From contig CAZUFC010000005.1 of NCBI GenBank assembly GCA_964619725.1, positions 32,001 to 96,000 on the forward strand: a stretch of 64,000 nt of DNA. Direction: 5' to 3'. A program made the position numbers and the translations under genes. The DNA is from an uncultured bacterium (GTDB taxonomy: Bacteria > CSSED10-310 > CAZUFC01). Position 1 is the first letter of the stretch; each line of letters begins with the position of its first letter. Shown here one piece after another: positions 10,362 through 20,800 of this stretch. The notes under the pieces were generated by a model that was not told the origin of the DNA, searched no databases, and worked only from the letters and a program-made list of their open reading frames with translations.

Positions 10362-12503
10362 TCAATTTTTCTTATGGAATCTCAGCAGAATGATGCCTGT
10401 CAGTATCAGGAGTATAGCTGCGCCTGTTGTTCCTGTGGCGGGGACGGGCGGCGGTTCTGAAGTATCGGTCGGCGAGGGGGTGGGAGAGGTCGGGGTTTCG
10501 GTGGGAGTTAATGTCGGCGGCTCTGAAGTTGGAGTGGACGTCGGTGTTGTAGTGGGTATGACTGTGGGGGTTTGGGTCGGAGTAGACGTCGGAGGCGTTG
10601 ATGGCGTTAATGTTGGTGAAGGAGGCAATGTGGGTTGTTCCGTGGGTTGTTCTGTCGGCATTTCAGTGGGGGCTTCGGTGGGTTCCTGAGTGGGACTCGG
10701 CGTGGCGGATGGCGTTGGGGTTTCCTGTGCAGAAGATTGCGGATTGACGTTTTCCGGTTCGTTTTCAAAGAAGTCGGCTGTATTATCATCCGTATCCTGT
10801 CCCTGATGTCGTTCGTAACTGTAACCTTCTCCCGAAGGATTCGGCGCGGGCGTCCCTTCATAAGGTTCTCCGCTTCCGGGACTTCCCCAACCGAAGGAGT
10901 CGACTACGACGTCGGAAGCGTCACGCAAAGCTATGCCGTGGTCGGTATTGGGCAGCGACATTTCATCTTCCAGGTCGGCATCAGGCCAGGCCGGATTATC
11001 TTTCCCCGTCGACCAGCCGCCGTCTGCAATGAGAAAATAGCCGTGAGCCGGAATGATTCCTGACGTTATTTCCGCTTCTACGCCGCTGCCGTCGTAAATA
11101 TCCCATCCCGAGATATCGACAGGGGCATCACCGGGATTGTAGAGTTCGATGAATTCACTGTTGTATTCATCATCTGCATCAATATAGACTTCGCTGATAA
11201 GCGGCACGGCATCAGGAGCATTTTTCCATTGATACAGCCAATACTCGAACCAGGTAACGAATTCAGGCTTCGGGTCCTCATATCCGAAATAGGGGGAAGA
11301 GGTCGGAGGCGTTTCTCCCTGGGATATCGCATAATCGATACAGGGATGAGCGTAAACGAGTCTTTCCGGAATGGATATGGTCCATCCCGAAGAAAATTCC
11401 GGCTGCACCTTGGCGCCGATATGCGGTTTATCGAAGAATGCATTGATAACCAGCCAATCCTCGGGCGCCAGCCATTTTTCCAGCAGCGTTATCCTGTCCT
11501 CGCCGGCATACCAGTCAGCTCTTACCACCAGTTCCCATCCGTAAACAGGATCATTGATCAATACGCCCTCAATGGAATACACATGATTTTCATCAATCCG
11601 GCTTCCAGACAGCGGGTTCCACTCCTTGTAAAAATTGGCTCTGCTGTAGGGCTCGCCGTCGCTAACCTCCCATATGTCATAAGGGTCCAACAATTTAGCG
11701 TTGTTCCTTTCATTCATGTAAACCTTCAGTTCAGAACTCGATTCCGGCGTGAAAGTATCCGTGTCCTCCCAATCGCCGATATAAAACACGGAAGAATATT
11801 GGGGATTCGATACATAGGTCACCGCAGCCTGCTGAAAACGCAATATCTTATTTTCATAATTCCCCAGGTTCCCCGTTACCTCATTAACCGTTACTATTTC
11901 TGAAACCCGCGGATAAGCGCTGAAATAATCATGCACTGCCTGCTCGTATCCTGAATCAGTATAGGATGAGACATAAATTCCGGGATTCGCCGCTTTCCAG
12001 GCGTCAACGGAATCGGTCCCGATGCCGCTGATCGACATAAGGTGGTCTTCTTCTTCGAAGTAGTTATAATTTTGCCTGTGATTGAAAATGCTGCCGGCCG
12101 TTGCGGGTCCGATGCCCGAAATTTCCGTCAACTCACCCTGCAGAGCGTTATTCAGATCATGCGCTCTTCCTGTCCATGCATAATAGCCCTCTGTTTGAAC
12201 ATAATCCAGCAAAGCCTGCATTGTCGCAGTATCGATGCCCGATGCGTCGGATACTTCCTGGAGACTGCTCCAGGGCCTTCCGTCGATGATCGTCGTCCGC
12301 TGCGGATCAGATATGTCTCCGGGGCTCTGAATCTGGGTCCTTGACGCATTGTTGGCTATATCCAATGCCTCCGTTTCCTCCGCTGTCGTAAAATATACTC
12401 CGTCATAGGTACCGTCGCGATCACCTGAATGATAAGCAAATGTTGTATTCATCAGAATTCCGAAGGCAATAATAATCGCCGAAATAATTAAAATACGTGC
12501 CAT
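10362..12503 (-). CDS. Secreted helix-hairpin-helix + lamin-tail-domain protein with Pro/Thr linker and IPTL/PEP-CTERM-like anchor
   Basis: HhH motifs ISGIGPATAGSI and ISGIGTDSV; LTD ISEVY...EFIELYNPG...DISGW; PT repeats; VPATG-TM-HKKN tail. Confidence 0.8.
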   Translation of the reverse strand: MARILIISAIIIAFGILMNTTFAYHSGDRDGTYDGVYFTTAEETEALDIANNASRTQIQSPGDISDPQRTTIIDGRPWSSLQEVSDASGIDTATMQALLDYVQTEGYYAWTGRAHDLNNALQGELTEISGIGPATAGSIFNHRQNYNYFEEEDHLMSISGIGTDSVDAWKAANPGIYVSSYTDSGYEQAVHDYFSAYPRVSEIVTVNEVTGNLGNYENKILRFQQAAVTYVSNPQYSSVFYIGDWEDTDTFTPESSSELKVYMNERNNAKLLDPYDIWEVSDGEPYSRANFYKEWNPLSGSRIDENHVYSIEGVLINDPVYGWELVVRADWYAGEDRITLLEKWLAPEDWLVINAFFDKPHIGAKVQPEFSSGWTISIPERLVYAHPCIDYAISQGETPPTSSPYFGYEDPKPEFVTWFEYWLYQWKNAPDAVPLISEVYIDADDEYNSEFIELYNPGDAPVDISGWDIYDGSGVEAEITSGIIPAHGYFLIADGGWSTGKDNPAWPDADLEDEMSLPNTDHGIALRDASDVVVDSFGWGSPGSGEPYEGTPAPNPSGEGYSYERHQGQDTDDNTADFFENEPENVNPQSSAQETPTPSATPSPTQEPTEAPTEMPTEQPTEQPTLPPSPTLTPSTPPTSTPTQTPTVIPTTTPTSTPTSEPPTLTPTETPTSPTPSPTDTSEPPPVPATGTTGAAILLILTGIILLRFHKKN

Positions 12504-12621
12504 CTCTATACTCCTTTTCAGTGTTTCATCATTGTTCCATTACCTTTCATTAAGGAAAAAGAACCCCTTTGTCAAGTCAAACACGCTGATTTGTTTCTTT
12601 ACATCAACCGCGAGCATTCTC

Positions 12622-12674
12622 CAGCACCTGTCCACAAACTCGAATCTCCATTCAAAATTCAATGCTGGACAAGC
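12622..12674 (+). repeat. Dispersed repeat family A (CACAAACTCGAATCTC.ATTCAAAATT.AATGCTG), copy 1
   Basis: Near-identical segments at 16441-16506, 44940-44980 and 50007-50077. Confidence 0.75.
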
Positions 12675-12730
12675 GCTATCCAATGCTGAGTCAGGCAGCG
12701 TATTTGTCAGGAAAAAGTATTGAAGTATTG

Positions 12731-12975
12731 CGCAGGACTCTGACCCCATTCCGGATGCTTGATTCTGCATGATTCTGTATGCCTGACATCGGACGGACAA
12801 TGGTTGACGCAGGGCTCTGACCCCTTTCCAGATGCTTAATTCTGCTTGATTCCGGGTGCCTGATGGCGGAGGAGCAATGGTTAGCGAAGGGCTCTGACCC
12901 CTTTCCGGATGCTTGATACCGGGTGCTGATGACTGAGTGGCAATGGTTAGCGCAGGGCTTTGATCTCTTTGCGAA
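12731..12975 (+). repeat. Degenerate tandem repeat, 4 units with periods 77/77/66 bp
   Basis: Units start at 12731, 12808, 12885 and 12951 with core CG(C/A)AGGGCTCTGACCCCTTTCCGGATGCTT. Confidence 0.85.
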
Positions 12976-13150
12976 TGCCTGGTTGCGCTCTTGGCGGGGC
13001 CGCAATGAGGAGAACAGCGGCGAGAGTAAGGATTAGACAATTCAAAATATGAATGATAATAGTGGAGGGGTGATGCGGGAGGGATGAATGGCTAGAAATG
13101 TTAAGCCAGGGAAATGTTTGAAACAAATAATATGGATTTAAGGATATAAC

Positions 13151-13354
13151 GTGAGGAAACTGAAAAAAGAGATGCCGGTTGAAGAGCTTGTGGAGTCTCA
13201 TCCCGGAGTCGTCGATCAGCTTCAGAAGCGGGGAATATTGTGTATCCGATGCGGGGAACCCGTCTGGGGGACGCTTGAGGATTTATTGAAAAGGAAAGGT
13301 ATTGAAGACATTGATGGATTCGTTGATTCTTTGGATATTGAGTCTCGCTCTTGA
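13151..13354 (+). CDS. DUF1858-like small CxxC protein
   Basis: GTG start; VEELVESHP...GILCIRCGEPVWGTLEDL pattern. Confidence 0.7.
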   Translation: MRKLKKEMPVEELVESHPGVVDQLQKRGILCIRCGEPVWGTLEDLLKRKGIEDIDGFVDSLDIESRS

Positions 13355-13449
13355 AAAATTTGATGATTGCTATTATATGTACCCATGCCTTTGAGTTTTC
13401 ATTGATTTATCAGGAGGGTGCATTACAAGCGTGAAAGGGGCTGCTGATC

Positions 13450-14361
13450 ATGTCGATGAAGGATACAGTCGTTGATTTAATGCCGACCTGGATGGTCAAA
13501 TTTTTTGCCGGACCTTATGTGGCGGGCGATTCTGAGGAAAAGGCTGTGGAAGTCGCCCGGGATTTATGGCAAGAAAAGAAACTGAAATCGACAATCGATT
13601 TATTGGGGGAGGAAGTGACGAGTTCGGAGGAAGTCGATTTGACGATGGAATCTTATGAGAAGTTGATCCGGTTTCTGGGCGAGCAGGAGTATGCGACGAT
13701 TTCCATCAAGCCGACTCAATTCGGTTCGCATGAGTCGATGGAGACATGCCGCGAGAACATGCGGAAGATAACCGCAGAATCTTACGAGAAGAATATACCA
13801 GTAACGATTGACATGGAGGATCACAATTATACGGACCTGACGCTTCAGATTTACAAAGAGCTTTTGCCGGAGTTTCCGGGACTGGGAACCGTTCTGCAGA
13901 CTCGTCTTCACAGAACCGGCGACGACATTAAGAATTTGAAGGGTTTGAAAACGAGAATAAGGCTTTGCATTGGGATATATCTTGAGCCTCGATCAATCGC
14001 TCTTCAGCGCAAATCAGAGATGAAGAAACGGTTGCTGGAACAATCGGAAATACTGTTGGACGACGGTCATTACGTAGAATTCGCCACTCACGATGAAAAG
14101 ATTATTCGCCGGTTTCTGGAGATGGCTGACCGTCGTGAGTTCAAGAAAGACCAATACGAAGTGCAGATGCTTCTGGGCGTACCCAGGCGCTCATTGCAGC
14201 AGGAACTGATCGGCGAAGGGATAGACGTACGTCTTTACGTGCCGTATGCCGTGTCGTGGAAGCTGGCCATGGCCTATTGCAAAAGGAGGCTGGCCGCCAA
14301 TCCCAACATCGCCTACTACGGCGCCAAAAATATTTTGACCGGTTTGCGATCCTCCAAATAG
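13450..14361 (+). CDS. Monofunctional proline dehydrogenase
   Basis: DLLGE, SIKPTQ, IDME, RLCIGIYLEP, FATHD, QMLLG, RLYVPY, RRL motifs. Confidence 0.9.
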   Translation: MSMKDTVVDLMPTWMVKFFAGPYVAGDSEEKAVEVARDLWQEKKLKSTIDLLGEEVTSSEEVDLTMESYEKLIRFLGEQEYATISIKPTQFGSHESMETCRENMRKITAESYEKNIPVTIDMEDHNYTDLTLQIYKELLPEFPGLGTVLQTRLHRTGDDIKNLKGLKTRIRLCIGIYLEPRSIALQRKSEMKKRLLEQSEILLDDGHYVEFATHDEKIIRRFLEMADRREFKKDQYEVQMLLGVPRRSLQQELIGEGIDVRLYVPYAVSWKLAMAYCKRRLAANPNIAYYGAKNILTGLRSSK

Positions 14362-14478
14362 CTATCATTGAAAAGCGTGCATTGCGGACGCTTGTCGACC
14401 TTTTCGAAGCGATGATTCAACGGCAAGGCTGAGGCAAATTGATTATTTGAATCGATTGTTGATGATAAGGAGGGAAAA

Positions 14479-15426
14479 ATGGATTGCCCTAATTGCATAA
14501 TTCAATTGGAAAAAGAACAATATGAAGGCGTGACCGTTGATCGATGTCCCAAGTGCAGAGGAGTGTGGCTGGATGAAGGAGAAATAGCCGCGGTCGTTGA
14601 AAAAAGAGACAGAATCTTTACTCCTGAAGAAAAAATTGCAGCCTTCAAATCACGCGGCAAGGATTTGTCCAAATCGGCAAAACTGCCGTGTCCCAAATGC
14701 AATGAGGAAATGAAAGTGATCCAGTATGCCGTGACTTCCGGCGTTTTTATTCACAGGTGTCCGGCGAATCACGGCATCTGGCTTGATGATCGCGAGCTGG
14801 ACAATCTGCAGATCGTGATGGAGGAATACGATAAGAAATATGATCGCATCCGAGGGCCTGACGAGCCGGAAAAGGCGGACATCAAAGAATGTCCGAAATG
14901 CAATGTTCCTATGCATGAAATAAAAAGAGAGGACGTCATAGTTGATGAATGTCGGAAATGCGGGGGAGTCTGGTGCGATACCGACGAATTGAACAGTCTG
15001 ATCAAAAATAAGAATGAGAGAATAAAAAAGGAACTTGAAGAAGCGGGGTCTGAAGAAGAAAAAAAGAATATCCTGGAGCGGGAAAAATATGAACCGAGGA
15101 TCGTCCATGACGAAGATTTAGTTTCAATGTTGAACTGTATCGTATGCGGCGCTCCGATGAAAAGAATCAACTATCAGTATTCATCAGGCATCATCATTGA
15201 CGTTTGCCCTCATAATCACGGCATATGGCTGGACAAGGGAGAACTGGAAAGAGTCTTCGAATTCACGAAAAGATGGGGCGGCGTGGAAAAGAGGATCAGG
15301 AACTATGAATCGGTATTCAAAAAACATCACGATGATACTATTTCACCCCGGTTCCTGAAGGTAAGCCGTTTCTTTCCTTTGCAACGGTTGGCGTTTAAAT
15401 TGAAATCGGGGTACTACCGGAAGTGA
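14479..15426 (+). CDS. Protein with four zf-TFIIB-like zinc ribbons
   Basis: Four CxxC...CxxC/H-G[VI]W[LC]Dxx(E) repeats. Confidence 0.8.
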   Translation: MDCPNCIIQLEKEQYEGVTVDRCPKCRGVWLDEGEIAAVVEKRDRIFTPEEKIAAFKSRGKDLSKSAKLPCPKCNEEMKVIQYAVTSGVFIHRCPANHGIWLDDRELDNLQIVMEEYDKKYDRIRGPDEPEKADIKECPKCNVPMHEIKREDVIVDECRKCGGVWCDTDELNSLIKNKNERIKKELEEAGSEEEKKNILEREKYEPRIVHDEDLVSMLNCIVCGAPMKRINYQYSSGIIIDVCPHNHGIWLDKGELERVFEFTKRWGGVEKRIRNYESVFKKHHDDTISPRFLKVSRFFPLQRLAFKLKSGYYRK

Positions 15427-15578
15427 TCCTCTGCGTGCTTATGAGCGTTTCCAGGCGCGGTTAATGAATCGCAGTTGCAGTTGATACGGATTTTTTTCCG
15501 TTGAGCGTTCCATTGTCAGTAATTCAGATGACGCCGTTCATTGAAAATTGTTTTTCACTGGAGTAATATGGAGTCGCA

Positions 15579-16019
15579 ATGAATGACGAATTTATCGTTC
15601 AAATGAAACGAGCGGCAGAAAAAATATTCAGAAATACCAGGGTTTTAGCCGCTTACGCTTACGGCAGCAGAATTGCGGGAAATTACCTTCCCGAAAGCGA
15701 CCTGGATATCGGATACTATCCCTTCCATTATAAACAGACGAAACAATTGTCGATTAGTGCCGAAATGATGCTGGCGGCAGACCTTTCTGACGAACTTGAG
15801 TTAAACGTCGATCTGAGGAATCTGAACGATGCGCCCCTGGAATTAAAGGGCAAAGTTTTGGAAGAGGGCATCAGAATATATTCGGCTGACGAGGCGAAGC
15901 GCATTGCTTTGGAAACCTATATCCTGAAGAGATATCATGACTGTAAGGAAGCTTACATTCGAATGCATGAAGTCAGATTGAAGAACTATAAGCATTTCCG
16001 GGAGAACCGTAATGGTTGA
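15579..16019 (+). CDS. mntA: MNT minimal nucleotidyltransferase antitoxin (type VII TA)
   Basis: GS-x10-DLD motif (YGSRIAGNYLPESDLDIG); overlaps the HEPN gene. Confidence 0.88.
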   Translation: MNDEFIVQMKRAAEKIFRNTRVLAAYAYGSRIAGNYLPESDLDIGYYPFHYKQTKQLSISAEMMLAADLSDELELNVDLRNLNDAPLELKGKVLEEGIRIYSADEAKRIALETYILKRYHDCKEAYIRMHEVRLKNYKHFRENRNG

Positions 16020-16428
16020 AAAAGCAAAATTAGACCACATGATTACGAATTTGAAACGATACCTGAAAATTCTCAGTTCCCTTGCAGAAACGCCGCACCG
16101 GCAATTCTTGAAAAACTCAGATAAAATAGGAAATGCCAAGTACCATTTCATTATCGCTATCGAATGTTGCGTAGATATAGCCAATCACATCATCGCCTCA
16201 AAAAACTTCCGATTCCCAAAAGATAACGCAGACAGTTTCGTCGTTCTGATAGAAGAAGGAATCATCGGTTGTGAAATGAAAAACAAGCTTCGCTCTATGG
16301 CCAAATTCAGGAACAGACTGGTTCACCTTTATTGGGACGTCGACGATGAAAAAATTCATCAGTATTTCCAGGAGTCGCTCCCGGACATCGAACGTTATAT
16401 CGCTCTTATAACGCAAAATGTCGTTTAA
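16012..16428 (+). CDS. hepT: HEPN/DUF86 ribonuclease toxin
   Basis: RNRLVHLY (Rx4H followed by Tyr); DIANHII motif. Confidence 0.88.
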   Translation: MVEKAKLDHMITNLKRYLKILSSLAETPHRQFLKNSDKIGNAKYHFIIAIECCVDIANHIIASKNFRFPKDNADSFVVLIEEGIIGCEMKNKLRSMAKFRNRLVHLYWDVDDEKIHQYFQESLPDIERYIALITQNVV

Positions 16429-16440
16429 CCAGTGACTGAC

Positions 16441-16506
16441 TACAAACTCGAAGCCCGATTCAAAATTTAATGCTGCGCAGCCACTTGGGTTTCTGATCCA
16501 TAAACG
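16441..16506 (+). repeat. Dispersed repeat family A, copy 2
   Basis: ACAAACTCGAAGCCCGATTCAAAATTTAATGCTG...GCCACTTGGGTTTCTGATCCA aligns with 50011-50069. Confidence 0.75.
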
Positions 16507-16633
16507 GGCGAATTTTTCTTAAGATAAGGAAGGCAAGGATTTGCGAAGTAGGGGGATTGCTTATACGTTGACTGAGCAAATCCGCAGCCTGACGCAGTAC
16601 TAGGGAAAATCCGTCGTTTATGGACAAAAACTA
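16486..16633. mobile_element. MITE-like element of about 150 bp with terminal inverted repeats
   Basis: TCCATAAACGGGCGAATTTTT (16497) versus AAAATCCGTCGTTTATGGA (16606-16624); inner GGATTTGC/GCAAATCC pair. Confidence 0.6.
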
Positions 16634-16638
16634 AATAA

Positions 16639-17388
16639 TTAAAAAACCGTACTGTCCACTATTATGGAACACATGGCGTTCGTTGAACCCGATTCCGCAG
16701 TTATCGACACATCTACCGATTCTTCAGGCGGCACGAAAACCTCAAACGTCAGTCCGTCCGAAACCTGCCCACGGTTATTCGTGTAATAAATGCAGGCCCC
16801 GGAATCAAATGAACCGTGAGACGATTTCAATACTACCGGCTCATTGGCTATCGGATATCCCCCTTCGTCCCAGGCCGTTAACGTTATGATGGAACGGTAA
16901 GTATCGATCATCTTCTCCGCCACAAAATTCGGCGGATCAGCGGATAGCGTCATATCGTTTATCTTGCTCCCGATCGGCACCAGCGTATATCCCTCTGCCG
17001 CTCCCGATTGAGCCACAATTTCCGCCGTTCCTTCATAAAACGATGAAGTCATAGTGACTGTGGCGATTCCATTTACGGTCGTCGCCCGCGTTTCTATGCT
17101 GCCTAATGTCGTCGAAAACATGACCTCCGTTCCGTCAAGCGCCTGACCGCTCGGCCCCATTACAAATGCCGTCACCTGCGATTTGCTCGACCCGTCACTC
17201 GGCAGTATCGGCGGGTCCGCCGTCACCATAACGTCAGAATCCGTTTCAGCAGGCATACTCTTACGATTCATATCGTAATCGCAAGAAAAAATCATAACCC
17301 CTACAAGAACGATCATCGACATATTGATTAAAAAACGTCTCGTTTGTTTTTGTCTTTTCATTTTCTTTTCATCCTCCCACAGGAACAA
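16639..17388 (-). CDS. Invasin/Big_1 Ig-like domain lipoprotein
   Basis: Lipobox-like IFSC; VTADPPILPSDGSSKSQVTA...GTEVMFSTTLG...TVNGIATV; two Ig repeats; true start probably downstream of the annotated one. Confidence 0.75.
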   Translation of the reverse strand: MFLWEDEKKMKRQKQTRRFLINMSMIVLVGVMIFSCDYDMNRKSMPAETDSDVMVTADPPILPSDGSSKSQVTAFVMGPSGQALDGTEVMFSTTLGSIETRATTVNGIATVTMTSSFYEGTAEIVAQSGAAEGYTLVPIGSKINDMTLSADPPNFVAEKMIDTYRSIITLTAWDEGGYPIANEPVVLKSSHGSFDSGACIYYTNNRGQVSDGLTFEVFVPPEESVDVSITAESGSTNAMCSIIVDSTVF

Positions 17389-17830
17389 ACGGTTCCTCCT
17401 ACTATATTTAGCAATTTCAGCAATAATTGCAAATTTTTTTTGCCTGTCGGATGCATTTTTTCATCCATATGATGCCGTCAAAAATGCAAGCAATCGATTG
17501 AAGGGGCCAGGTATAAGGTTTCAGGAAAATGTTCAGGAGAGCGGTGGGCGATAAATTTTCGTAGAGTCGAGAATAATTTTAAAGAGAAGGGGCGAGTTAT
17601 TCCAGGAACGACAGATGTTTTAATCAGGGAGGCTGACGAAGCAACGATTCATAATCCAACATATTGAAAAATAATGAAATAAAGTTTAACCAAATGCGTA
17701 TTTGAGTCATGTAGAGGAATAGTTGCGGCAGCGCAAACGCATAAATAACGTTGATATTTTTGTTTTTTTTTGATAAAGAAATTATCCCTTCTTTAATGAG
17801 TTAGGGAAGGGGAGAGAGAAGGTAGACGGC

Positions 17831-20800
17831 ATGAGGACGTGCCCACAATGCGGATATGAGAATCCTCCAGGCGGCGAGTATTGCAGTCGCTGCGGTTCAT
17901 CATTGGCGGGATCGAGCGATTTCGATACCGAGATGATAAACATCAATCAGCCGGTATACGGCAATTATTGCCGGAAATGCGGGGCACGCAATCCAGACGA
18001 AAGCTTGGTATGTCAGAGTTGCGGGGAGCATTTAGGCTTGGACGTAAAGGGCGGAGGTATCACGCCGTCTCATTTTCGTGACGTATCATTAAGATTGAGG
18101 AAGTTGCTGGAGGGGCATTACGAGGTATTGGAGGAATTGGGACGCGGCGGGATGTCCATCGTTTATAAGGCGCGAGATGTGCTGTTAGACCGTCCGGCGG
18201 CGATAAAGGTATTACCGATAGAGTTATCTGGTGACAGGAAGGTAGTGGAGCGATTTTTAAGGGAGGCGAAGACGGCGGCGAGGCTGCATCATCCGAATGT
18301 AGTAGCGGTGTATTCTGTTCGTCAGATGGAAGAGCTGAATTTCATAATAATGCAGTATATAGAGGGGAAGACGGTAAATGAGTTGATAAGGGAGAGCGGA
18401 GAATTATCGTTGCCGGATTTTTTCAGCATAACGAAGGAAGTGTGTCGAGCGTTGAATGCGGCTCACAAGTTAGGGATAATACACCGTGACATAAAGCCTG
18501 ACAACATCATAGTAAGGCCGAACGGGAGCGCTGCAGTGACTGATTTCGGTATAGCGAGAGCGGTGGGCAGGAAGCGATTGGTGAAGGCGGAATCCATGGA
18601 GGGTACGGCCTATTACATGTCGCCTGAGCAGGTAAGGGGGATGGCGGATATCCGGGGCGACTTATATTCTTTGGGTGTAGTAGCCTATAAGATGTTGACG
18701 GGAACGGTACCTTTTCAGGGGACAGCTCTTCAGGAGATCGGCGACAAGCATCTTGAGGAGATACCCCGCATACCGCGTTCGATAAATCGAGATATACCGG
18801 AGAGTGTAGAGGATTTCATATTAAAGGCTTTGAGGAAGGATGCGGGAGATCGTTATCAGTCGGCATCGGAGATGCTGGATGCTCTGATTGCGGTGGAGAA
18901 GGCTCATACGGTGAGGACTGCTGAACCGGTAGAAGTCAGCGAAGAGTCCGAAGAAACACGTTATCAGGTAGAGAGATTAATGGAAGCGGCGTGCGGAGCG
19001 TTGTCGGAAGACCGGCTGGAAGAGGGGATATTATTGCTTCAGAAGATACTCTTTCTTCAGCCGGAACATGAGAATGCCGGTCTTTTGATTGATGATGCTG
19101 AGAGCCGAATAAAGGAGCGGCGTTTTTTCCGTCAGATGTTCGACCAGGCGGACAAAAAGGTGAAGGATCAGGAGTATGAAGTCGCATTAAAGTTTATTGA
19201 GCGCATACTGGAGATGGACCCGAAGCATGCGACGGCATTGAGGCGCAGGGCGGAAATAAAAGAAATGATAGGTCAAGAGGGAGTGCGGGAAGTTTCCGAG
19301 CATACGCCGGTGGAATCTGTGGAAGCTGTGGATAAGCCGGACAGGAGTGTTGATCAAAAAGAACGCACATATGTGTGTGCGGATTTGAATACGGGGCCCA
19401 AGGAAGCCGTGCTTGAGAAAACCGTAATTGATGATTTCGAGGAGGACTTTGGCGAACAAACCGTGATGGCGCAGCACAAGAAAGGTGAGGAGCCGGGTTC
19501 AGAAAGTCGTTTCAGGAGTCTGGGCGAATATGAAGATACAGCGGGAACCGGGACCTCTTTTTTAACCGGCAAGCTGAACCGGCGTCATCTGGCGATTATT
19601 CTGATCGTTTTGGGTATAGCCGCGACCGGACTGGCTTATTACATCCACAATGTTTTTCAAGTGAGAGAAGAGGCTCAACGGCTTCTGGATGAAGGCATTT
19701 TAGCGTTCAACGCCGGCAGGTATGAGGAAAGTGCAGGACTGATGGATCAGGTTCTGGAGTTGCAGCCGCAATGGCAGGAAGCGGAAAGATACAAACAGCA
19801 GGCGGTATTGCGGCGCCAGGCGGTGGAGAAGCAGAGAGAAATACAGGAAAAAATCGATTCGTTGTTGAAGCAGGCCAAAACGTATTTTCAGCAGTCGGAA
19901 TATGACAGGGCGAAAAACGTTTTTAATCTGATTTTAAAGGAAGACCCATACAATGAAGAGGCGAAACGTTACATCAATCTCATTGATTTTGAATCGGACA
20001 AGATAGAAAAAGAAAAGGAAGCCGTTGTCCTGGCAGAAGCCGCCTCCGGGTTCATATCAAGAAACCGGTTCAAAGAGGCGGAAAATACTATTCAGAAGAT
20101 TGAAGTCCTTGATGCGGACCATCCGGAGATTGCGGGTTTGAAACGGCAATTGAGGAATAAAAGATACAGGGTATGGGAAGAGGGTCAGAAAAAAAATCGA
20201 ATCGATGAACTCTGGAAACAGGCTCAAAAGGATTATCAGAACAAAGAATACCAGGCCGTCATATCCGGTCTGAATGAATTGCTGGAGCAGGACGGCAGTA
20301 ATCAGGAAGCGAAGGAATTATTGACGACGGTGCAAAATATCCTGCAACAGCAGCAGAAGGCGATTGAGAAAGAGTCCAGGGTGGACCGTCTGATGAGCGA
20401 GGCTGAAAGTTATATGCAACAGGAGGATGCGGAAAGAGCCATCACTGCTTTGAATAATATTTTAGAACTTGAACCGGGTCATTCGGAAGCCCTTTCACTT
20501 CTGGATACGGCGAAGGAACTGCAAGAAGAACAGTTGCACGAGGAAAAAATCAATTCAATGCTGTCCGAAGTCAACGCGCTTTTCGCCGATAAAAATTACG
20601 AAGAGGCGATGGAGAAGATAGAGGAGGCCTACAAGCAGTATCCTCATTCCAGAAAAGTCAGGGCTTTACGAGCGAGCATCAAGAAAGCGCTCACGTCCAT
20701 CGACAGAACTCCGCCAGTGGTAACAATTGATGTATCGAATAAAATTTCATTAGCGGACGATGTGACGCTGGAGGCGGACATCACAGACGAAAGCGCGGTC

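Noticed and set aside
10390-10689. Val/Gly-rich plus-strand ORF, and similar shadow ORFs such as 11229-11903, 27982-28839 and 29458-30138
   Set aside because: Antisense shadows of real genes and PT linkers
12731-12975. CRISPR array
   Set aside because: The would-be spacers resemble one another, the repeats are degenerate and there are no cas genes; it is a tandem repeat
12540-13040. 166-aa and 104-aa ORFs over the tandem repeat
   Set aside because: Translations of repeat DNA with no protein-like features
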